A stretch of DNA of 14,664 nt, taken from contig WAKA01000006.1 in the NCBI GenBank assembly GCA_015523565.1, forward strand, positions 1-14,664, written 5' to 3'. Shown here piece after piece: positions 1-7,600 of this stretch (its first letter is position 1; each line of letters begins with the position of its first letter). Made by a program: the position numbers and the translations under genes. The stretch comes from Candidatus Heimdallarchaeota archaeon (GTDB lineage: Archaea; Asgardarchaeota; Heimdallarchaeia; Heimdallarchaeales; Kariarchaeaceae). The notes under the pieces were generated by a model. The model was not told where the DNA came from. It was given only the letters and a program-made list of their open reading frames with translations, and did no database searches.

Positions 1-1
1 C

Positions 2-334
2 ATTTATCTCTTGTCGAACTTCATTTATTTTTTCAAAATATCTTTGCCTATTTCGATACATGGTTCCAAAAGGGTCTGGATTTGCAACATATCTTCCAAA
101 ACTATTTTCTAATAAATGGGGGTTTTGAAGTGTGACCTCTGAAATATACTTGGAGATTGAATATTTTTCAAAATTAGTATTCAACGATTTAATTAGCTTA
201 TTCAACCCATTTTTATTTGTTTGGTTTTGTGATTTGGAATCTTTTTCAAGCTGATTCAATTCATCAAGATAATCCTCGAATAATTTTGTCAAAATCTCAT
301 TAATTGACTTGAAATTATGGAAATTACAATCCAC
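2..334 (-). CDS. Hypothetical protein, N-terminal part only (runs off the left edge)
   Basis: Not in the ORF track. Manual translation gives a stop-free minus frame from GTG at 334 (AGGA just upstream) to the window edge: MDCNFHNFKSINEILTKLFEDYLDELNQLEKDSKS...FGTMYRNRQRYFEKINEVRQEIN. Helical and charged; no family recognised. Confidence 0.65.
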   Translation of the reverse strand, partial: MDCNFHNFKSINEILTKLFEDYLDELNQLEKDSKSQNQTNKNGLNKLIKSLNTNFEKYSISKYISEVTLQNPHLLENSFGRYVANPDPFGTMYRNRQRYFEKINEVRQEIN

Positions 335-355
335 ATTAGTAGTTCCTGCGCCATA

Positions 356-361
356 TTATAA
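356..361. promoter_or_regulatory. Possible bidirectional TATA box (palindromic TTATAA) between divergent genes
   Basis: TTATAA lies in the 82-bp gap between the GTG at 334 (minus) and the TTG at 417 (plus), about 22 nt from the minus-strand start. Confidence 0.3.
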
Positions 362-416
362 GTAGCTTGTTGACCAGAGAGGAACGTTTATTATTTTTGG
401 GTCTGTAGCCAATACA

Positions 417-1421
417 TTGAATAGTTCCATACAAAATGGCATTGTACAGTGTATTTTTGGTCATGAAATAAATCCGCAACACAGATTTTGCTCGAAATGC
501 GGTCTGAAAATATGGCAGGGCATAGTCCCCATGGAGTATTGGTTTCTTCTGCGTTTTTTGAGGATTTCTTCACCCCATCCACCGAGTTCGGTTCACCTTT
601 GGGAAGAGACGTTGAATGTTTCATACAAAACTTATTTCACAAAGTTAATGGAATTGAGTTATCTTATTCTGATGAAAGGACCAGCCCTTTTACAAGCGCA
701 AAAAATGGACTATATTCGAAAATGGATATCTGAAAAGAACCTGAAAAAGTCTGGTCGTAAACAAGAGTTAGTTGACAGGTTGGTTCCTCACTTAACCGAT
801 AGTGATTGGAGGAAAATAGAAAGTGAGGTTGAACCTCGATACACAATCCATGCAAAAATCAAGAAAAATATGGAAAAACGTTTCAATAGCCTCAGGGAAA
901 TTTTTTTGGAAACCGTAAAGAGAATGAAAATTGTTATGGATAAAAATCCAGACAAGGCAGTAAAAATTCTGTCGGAATTCATGAACACCCAGATCCCATT
1001 GGCAATACGGGGGAAAGGTCTGAGTATGGGGTTCAATGATATTGAACCTCAATTAGAATCAAAATGGATTGGCAGCAATTACGATCTAGCTTGGGCAATG
1101 TCTATCTTGAATCACACTGAAGAAATTAAACAAGAGGTAATGGATTTTGTGCTTGATATCAGAAAGTATTTTTCAAATGACAAAGTACGAGCGTTGGCAT
1201 TTACTGCAACAAATAAGATATTTAACCAACTGGAACTCCAACGTTTCAAAAAGGAAAATTGGAATAGAATACAAGTTTCTGTAGCATCAACTGCATGTGG
1301 TCCATGCAAAAAGCTTGATAGAACATATCCGATAGATAACGCTCCAGAGTTACCCAACCCACAATGCACCCATGAAGAATATATGTATTGTCGATGTATT
1401 TATCTTGGAAGTGATAAATAA
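417..1421 (+). CDS. Zinc-ribbon + SAP-domain protein with C-terminal MuF-like Cys motif
   Basis: N-terminal CIFGH-x8-CSKCG zinc ribbon. LQAQKMDYIRKWISEKNLKKSGRKQELVDRL fits the SAP consensus (L..L....L+..L...gL..sG.K.eLi.RL). C-terminal CGPCKKLD..YP...APELP...C......CRCIY resembles the CxxC...P..P...CRC motif of phage Mu gpF-like domains. TTG start uncertain. Confidence 0.7.
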   Translation: MNSSIQNGIVQCIFGHEINPQHRFCSKCGLKIWQGIVPMEYWFLLRFLRISSPHPPSSVHLWEETLNVSYKTYFTKLMELSYLILMKGPALLQAQKMDYIRKWISEKNLKKSGRKQELVDRLVPHLTDSDWRKIESEVEPRYTIHAKIKKNMEKRFNSLREIFLETVKRMKIVMDKNPDKAVKILSEFMNTQIPLAIRGKGLSMGFNDIEPQLESKWIGSNYDLAWAMSILNHTEEIKQEVMDFVLDIRKYFSNDKVRALAFTATNKIFNQLELQRFKKENWNRIQVSVASTACGPCKKLDRTYPIDNAPELPNPQCTHEEYMYCRCIYLGSDK

Positions 1422-1574
1422 TTAATATCGTAAGTACTTGATGGCAATGACCTTTTATGTATAAGAAGACCTTATGGTCTAGAAGCATTTTGAATTCTGT
1501 TAAAAAATTCAATGGAAAGACAAAACCTATTTGAGGTTCAGTTTCTTATAAGTTATAAATAGCAAGTATCGACA

Positions 1575-2090
1575 ATGAAAGAGGGAAAATCTATGGTAAG
1601 TGAAATCGGGAGGTATTACTACAACAACCCGATAAAAGTAGATGTTGCATTGACAATAGTAATTTATGCGATATTTGTTGTCTTCGACCTGTATGTTTCT
1701 TGGTTCCATTCCAGTATTGTGGAAAATCAAGTTCTTATCTTCAACATTATGCCTGCAATCATTTCACTTCTTGGGTTTACGATTGCAGCAGTATCAGTTC
1801 TTACCTTTCTATTTGAGGACAGATATTTCGGAACATTGCGTTCAAGCCCTCATTTTTCAAGATTATTTGAGGCAAATCTCAGGGCAATTGTAGGATTTGT
1901 CATTCTTCTTCCATTATTAATATTGCCTTTAATCACTGCAAGAAACATGTTCAGTTATACCATTGGCATCATTTTGCTTTTCTTTTTTTCAGAGGTTGCA
2001 AGGGGTGCAATATACCTTAGGAAAATTATCAAGGCAAGAATCATGAAAATAAAAAAGGAAAATGAAAGAAAGGGGGGGGCATCAACATAA
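1575..2090 (+). CDS. Four-TM membrane protein, RexB-like (putative anti-viral pore effector)
   Basis: Four hydrophobic segments, an amphipathic linker after TM2 (LGFTIAAVSVLTFLFEDRYFGTLRSSPHF) and a basic C-tail. Size and layout match lambda RexB as recalled. The real start may be ATG 1593, which has GAGGG at 1581-1585. Confidence applies to the functional call; the CDS itself is clear. Confidence 0.6.
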   Translation: MKEGKSMVSEIGRYYYNNPIKVDVALTIVIYAIFVVFDLYVSWFHSSIVENQVLIFNIMPAIISLLGFTIAAVSVLTFLFEDRYFGTLRSSPHFSRLFEANLRAIVGFVILLPLLILPLITARNMFSYTIGIILLFFFSEVARGAIYLRKIIKARIMKIKKENERKGGAST

Positions 2091-2094
2091 AAGA

Positions 2095-3027
2095 TTATTG
2101 TTCAACCCTTTTCAATTCATCTTCAATTTTCTGCTTGTAATCATCTAGGCTTTTTTCTAATTTATTGAAGATATCAATGCTGTCAGCATGTTTTGAGTTG
2201 TTACTGGATCTGGAGGTAATTACTTTTTTTTGGAGTAAGTCTTCCACAAGAGATATTTTCTCTTTGTTTCCAGATGAATCATAACCACTTATTTTGAATG
2301 CATCTTTTTTTATTTGAGGTAATTTTCCTTGCCTTTTTAATCGGGTAAGTTTCCTAAATAACCTTTTTATGGCACCACCTTCTAACGACTCTTCCCTATG
2401 AACTTTGAACCGTATTTCAATATCTCTTGCTGAAAATTTGTCTGAAATTATATTACTATATAGAACAAAATCCAAATCCTCCAAATGTTCTTTTAACGTA
2501 TCCAAATGGGATAGACTTAGTCTAATGTGAAACTCTACAATTCTCTCAATCTGATCAAGCTTATTTTCGGTGACATCCTGCATTAAGTAATTTATTTCTA
2601 CTTTTTTCAAATCTGGGAATATGGAATTGAAGTATGTTCTCACTATTGTCAATGAATATCCATCTGGATTATGTTCATACGCCATTACATAATCATTCGC
2701 TACTTTCTTGATTACAAAATGCGACATTTCTATTAGACCCTCATCTTCACTAAGTGTTAGATCCGAAATAGTTCCCTTTATTTTATTATATTTTGGGGGT
2801 AAATAGACACCCCTTATCCTTCCAATGACACCCTTAATATAATTGGGGGAAATATCCTTTACAATGATGCGACACAAGGTTGAATGTTGGCTATATGGTT
2901 TAACGGTTGTTTCACGGTGGGGTTTTTCTTTCAACTCCTTGAATTTTTCCCAGACTACGTTTTTTCCGTTTGGAGAAACCACTTTGATCTTTGCAAAATA
3001 AACTACTCGTTTCAAACCGTTTGACAT
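2095..3027 (-). CDS. RexA-like / DUF6731-like soluble protein (predicted RdgC-like fold)
   Basis: Pattern G.IGRIR...LP.......G.I.DL.LSEDEGLIE.SHF.........AYEHN..G.....YF, typical of DUF6731-type proteins. It is collinearly similar to lambda RexA as recalled from memory. AAGGGA lies upstream of the ATG. Confidence 0.65.
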   Translation of the reverse strand: MSNGLKRVVYFAKIKVVSPNGKNVVWEKFKELKEKPHRETTVKPYSQHSTLCRIIVKDISPNYIKGVIGRIRGVYLPPKYNKIKGTISDLTLSEDEGLIEMSHFVIKKVANDYVMAYEHNPDGYSLTIVRTYFNSIFPDLKKVEINYLMQDVTENKLDQIERIVEFHIRLSLSHLDTLKEHLEDLDFVLYSNIISDKFSARDIEIRFKVHREESLEGGAIKRLFRKLTRLKRQGKLPQIKKDAFKISGYDSSGNKEKISLVEDLLQKKVITSRSSNNSKHADSIDIFNKLEKSLDDYKQKIEDELKRVEQ

Positions 3028-3708
3028 GGAAATTCCCTTGTTGATTTATTGACCCATGTTTTTCAATTTTGTTCTGTCTTGTTCACGAATTCTGTTTATT
3101 TTGTAATTAAATAACGCGAAAAAGACTTGGTGTAATTAAGTTATTTTTCCCTTTTCCTTATGGTTCCATTTTTGAAAAGGATTGTTCGGTTTACATCTGC
3201 CTAATGTTTCGATAACAACCCTGTTTTGATATTCGTTAATTTCCTACCTTGTTATGTTTACAAATAGTGCGATTTGGTTACCGAAAAGGAAAGTGTCATT
3301 CCAAATGCCAATGTTTGTCATGTGCATTACAGTTTCATGCACCGTAATTTTTACATATAATCACGATTAAACGCAAATTATTATGCTGTTTTTCCATCTT
3401 TATTCCGATTGCCAATATCAGTTCTGAGCTTTTTTTTCTTTGACATTCAAAGAGGATGAAATGAGGATTTCTTCATGCTATGATAGGGAAATCTGGACTG
3501 TATATTGACCGTTTCGATAGAGAGATTGATTGAATGTAGTTGTCCATTTTTTGGTGGATTCGGTTATTCTTAAATAATCGTTTTCAGAAAGGCATGAAAG
3601 TGTTGTGGGAAAAATAACACACATATTGTTTTTGATATACATATACTCACATTCAGAGATATTTTACGATGTGGTTTGTGGTTCAAAAAATAGTGTAAAA
3701 AAATAGTT

Positions 3709-4680
3709 ATGATTCAATCATGGAGGGAAAAAGTTAATATATTTGTCGACAATTTAAGCTATGTGATACCCGAATTTTCCGCACAATCACGTCGGTTTAT
3801 AAAAAAAGTGAATTTCAGGATAAAAACGGGGCAATACGGGGATGCGATCGAATTGTTGGAATCCCCATTGCCTGAACTGACTGATTCAAAAGAAGTTTTG
3901 CTTACTTTGGCAAAGCTGTATATCGTTACCGATAACAATGAGGGTGCATTGAAGCTTCTGAGGCAATTGTTTTCCAATGCTCCCGATCCCGACGTTGCGG
4001 GTCTTCTTGGGCTTGTCCTATGTTCTGAGGGTTTATACGAGGAAGTCTTGGATATTGTTTCAAGTGTGGAGGGGGACAGGAATCTATTATTTTCGGAAGC
4101 CTTGGCACGCATTGCCTTGAACCGGGATTTGAAGCGTGCAGAGGAAATAATGAAGTCCTTTGGTTCTGCTGAATTCGGAGCCTTTATTTTCCAAGTTGAA
4201 ATAATGCAGGGGAAGTTTGCCCAAGCCCAAAGGACACTAAAGGCAATTGCCAATCCTGTGGTTGCAAACTACAATTCCGGAATTATTGATCTTCGGCTCA
4301 GGTTTGCCTCTAATGCCGCTCGTTCATTCAGGAAAGCAAAAGACATGCTTTCTCCACCAAAAAACATTGAAATCTTGTATAGGCGGTGGAAAATCCAAGG
4401 GTTTGAGGATCTGAGTTTAGATGAATTTAGGCAGAAGGTTGATTATTACTTGAAAATGGGGCTTGCATTGTCCCATCAGAACATTGACGAAGCGTATAGG
4501 TTGTTGGAACAGCTTCGCAATTCTCCTGCCGAGGATCATTATCTCTACCTTTGTCTTGCATCCTATGGATTGCGTATCAACAGGGACATGCGGGAGATAC
4601 AGGGATATGTGCAAGAGGCAATGAAATATTCCTCAGATATCCCTCAGGAATATCTTGAATTATTGGAGGTGGAGTCATGA
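3709..4680 (+). CDS. Tetratricopeptide-repeat (TPR-like) protein
   Basis: Repeated TPR-type helix pairs: GQYGDAIELLE, LLTLAKLYIVTDNNEGALKLLRQL, LLGLVLCSEGLYEEVLDIV, GKFAQAQRTLK, YNSGIIDLRLRFASNAARSFRKA. Its stop overlaps the next ATG (ATGA). The start may be GTG 3763 instead of ATG 3709. Confidence 0.85.
   Translation: MIQSWREKVNIFVDNLSYVIPEFSAQSRRFIKKVNFRIKTGQYGDAIELLESPLPELTDSKEVLLTLAKLYIVTDNNEGALKLLRQLFSNAPDPDVAGLLGLVLCSEGLYEEVLDIVSSVEGDRNLLFSEALARIALNRDLKRAEEIMKSFGSAEFGAFIFQVEIMQGKFAQAQRTLKAIANPVVANYNSGIIDLRLRFASNAARSFRKAKDMLSPPKNIEILYRRWKIQGFEDLSLDEFRQKVDYYLKMGLALSHQNIDEAYRLLEQLRNSPAEDHYLYLCLASYGLRINRDMREIQGYVQEAMKYSSDIPQEYLELLEVES
3726..3741 (+). promoter_or_regulatory. Archaeal BRE + TATA promoter candidate for the TPR-membrane-RING operon
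   Basis: GGAAAAAG (purine-rich BRE) immediately followed by TTAATATA. An in-frame GTG at 3763 lies 22 nt downstream, the spacing expected for a leaderless transcript. Confidence 0.5.
4665..4672 (+). promoter_or_regulatory. Ribosome-binding site GGAGGTGG for the 1951-aa gene
   Basis: Lies directly upstream of ATG 4677 in the ATGA stop/start overlap. Confidence 0.8.
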
Positions 4681-7600
4681 AGGTTTGTGAAAAATGCGGC
4701 AGTGAACAAAAGGATGAAGGTCGTTTCTGTTCGGTTTGTGGTCACAATCTCGTGACTACGTCGGCAGGGGACTTTTGGTGCGTCAACTGTACGGCAGAGG
4801 TGTCGGAAGCGGATGAGGTCTGCAAGAAATGTGGTTCTGCCGTTTTGAGGGGGAATCTCAAGATCCAGGAAAAACTGTCAAGAATTGAAGGCAATGTTGA
4901 TCTGCTTGACCAGAAATTAAACTTTCAAATTAGGAGGATTGATCGGATTGTTAAAATCTTGGAAACAGCCCATTTGGGAACTGTTCCAGATGTTGTTGAA
5001 CCTTCACCCCAAGTGGCAAAAGCTTCACAGGTTCCCGAAGAAGTTCCTGAACCTATTGTCCCCCCCGGCAAGGTTGCATATGATATACCCCCGCCTATCA
5101 AGGTTTCTGCACCTGTCAAGGTGTCTCCTCCTGTTCAAGTGAAACCGTTGCCCACGACGGAAGTGATAGGTCGGGAGCATTTGGATCCGCCTACACTTCC
5201 TGCGTTGTTCCCAAGATTTTCGGCAAAGGATTTTGTCACGGTTGATGAGATTCAGATTGAGAAGAGGAAGACAAAGGTCTTTGTTGGGGAGCAAAGTCTT
5301 GCGATGAAAGTCTTTAGTGTCTTGACCAATCAGGTTCAGCCCATTGTTGCGTCAGGATTGCTGATTGGTGCATTCATGCTTTTGGCCATTTCCCTACAGC
5401 TTTCCCCTGTCTTCCAAGGTCTTGCCTTTGGAGTCATTGGTTTATTTTCAATGTTCATGGGTCATGCAATCATTTCAGGCAGGGTTTTTGGCATTGACCT
5501 GCAAGGGTTGCGAAGTCGAGAAGTTGGGATATTCCTCGTGAATTTTGGAATGGGATTGGGACTTGGCGTTGCATGGGTTACTGGTGGCAGTGTCGTCCTT
5601 CGTCTTCTTCCATCATTGGTATATATTGGAGTTCCTGCATATCTTGGCTATCTTCATCGTTCAGACTTTACAAAAAGCTTGGTGATCATTGCCATTCTTG
5701 CGGATGCCATTGTTTTGTCGACCTCAGGTCTTCCATGGTTGATGCAAATTGGGGGTGTTCTTCCAATTGGCATTGCCCTCATTTACCTTTACCTTATTTC
5801 CAAGCAGGATGTATCTTTTGCACCAGTTCTCATATTGATGGTTGGAGGACCACTGATTGTGGTTGTTCATTCATTGGCTGTTGATGTCATGTTTCTTCCT
5901 TCACTCGGCATTGTCCTGTCATTGTTCCCAGTTGCCTATTTTCTCATGCGTGGGTTTGTTGATGTCATCAAGCCATATTACTATACACTTTATTCCTTTT
6001 TCTTCCTTTGGCCAGTTGTCGCATTTTCGATCATTCTGGCAAAATCGTCCTCTGGCTTTCCTGTAGACCCTGTCATTCTTTTTGCAGGGCTTGCGATTGC
6101 CTTTCATCTTTCAACCTCTGTAATGCATGGTAAATTTGAGGGAACTGAGATATTGAGGGATGTCTCACAAAGATTTGATCGTATTGCCAAAATTTATGTG
6201 CCTGTCTTGGGTTCATTGGTCATCCTTTATCAGCAGTTACTGTTGGCTCCTGTAGGTCAGGGGATCACTATCTTTGATTTCATAATGGGGTATGTTGTTC
6301 CCCAATTTTTGTTGGTCTTTCTCTTTGTTGTGTATGTGGTATTTGTTCATTGGTCGAAATTCTGGACTCGCAAAGGATCCATTGCCGAGAAGTGGGCAAG
6401 CATTTTGGTTTGTGATTTATCAGTTTTAGTTTCTACAATATGGTTGAACAATGAAGGTGTTCACCTTGGCAATCCTGCTGTGATTGTGATGGCTACATTC
6501 CTTTTCACAGCCATTGTACCGTTTCTAGGAGTACTTATCCATCTCTTTGCGGGTAGGTGGATTGATCGGGAAGTTTTGTTGGCAAAGACAAATGTTGTTG
6601 CCATTGCCAATGGATTTCTTTTGACGGTAGGTTTCATAGAGGGAGCCGCGGCACTTGCGGTAACCCTTGTTTCCTTGTCCATTTTCTTGGTTGGTTTGCT
6701 TCTTCCCCATCTGGAAGGGGTTCAACGGAAAAGCTACTACCAAGTTTCCTTGATCGGCAATTTCATTATAGTTGTTTTTGGACAGTTGCTTGGTAGGTAT
6801 GACAGAATAGAAATTGAGCCATTGGTTCGTCTTCTAGGTTCTTTTGGAATCAGCACGGTAGGACCTTTTGTTGTTTTTGCGATCTATGCAAGTTTTTCAG
6901 GCTTTTCCTTCTTGTTTCTCAATAAAATCATTCCGCATCGTACAACGGCAGATATTGATTTTCAGACCGTCATTACCAACCCGATGATGGCAAGGCAATA
7001 TGTCGGGCAGAAGTTCATTGAATATCAGGAATTGATATTTTCAGTCCTGCTCAACCTTTCATTCATTGTTTTCTTGGTGACAGATGGATTCATCATGGGT
7101 GAAGGGCTGTCCTATCTTCCCCCGACAGCAGTGAGTCTCGCGTTCATGCTGGTCAATGCGATTACAATCTACAACTCCCGTGGACGGCATTGGGGAACAT
7201 TGGTTCCTGCCTATGCCTCATTCCTTGCTACCATGGCTTATGTTTCGGACAGTTCCTACAGTCTTTTTGTCCAATTTGGGTTGATTTTTGTCTATTCTGT
7301 CTCATTGTATGTTTCATACTTGGATGGGGTGAAAAAGCGACCTTCATATCTTGCCCGAATATTCTGGAGAGATGCGATTGCTTGGGTCGTTTTCCTTCTG
7401 ATGCTCTTGTCTGCCAATCTTTCTGCATTTGGGACGATAGTCACCTTTGCAATACTTCTTTTGGGCTCATTGTTTGTGACTATGAGATATGGTCAATATG
7501 TCCTCTTGGGGTTGGCACCAGTTCTTTTGGCTTCTTTGATTTCCCACATGCCCTCTGCATATGATACCTCATGGGCAACAGACCTCAATTATTTCATGGC

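Noticed and set aside
417-3027. Provirus or mobile element call based on MuF-like and Rex-like genes
   Set aside because: No integrase, transposase, capsid, terminase, att site or terminal repeats are visible in the window.
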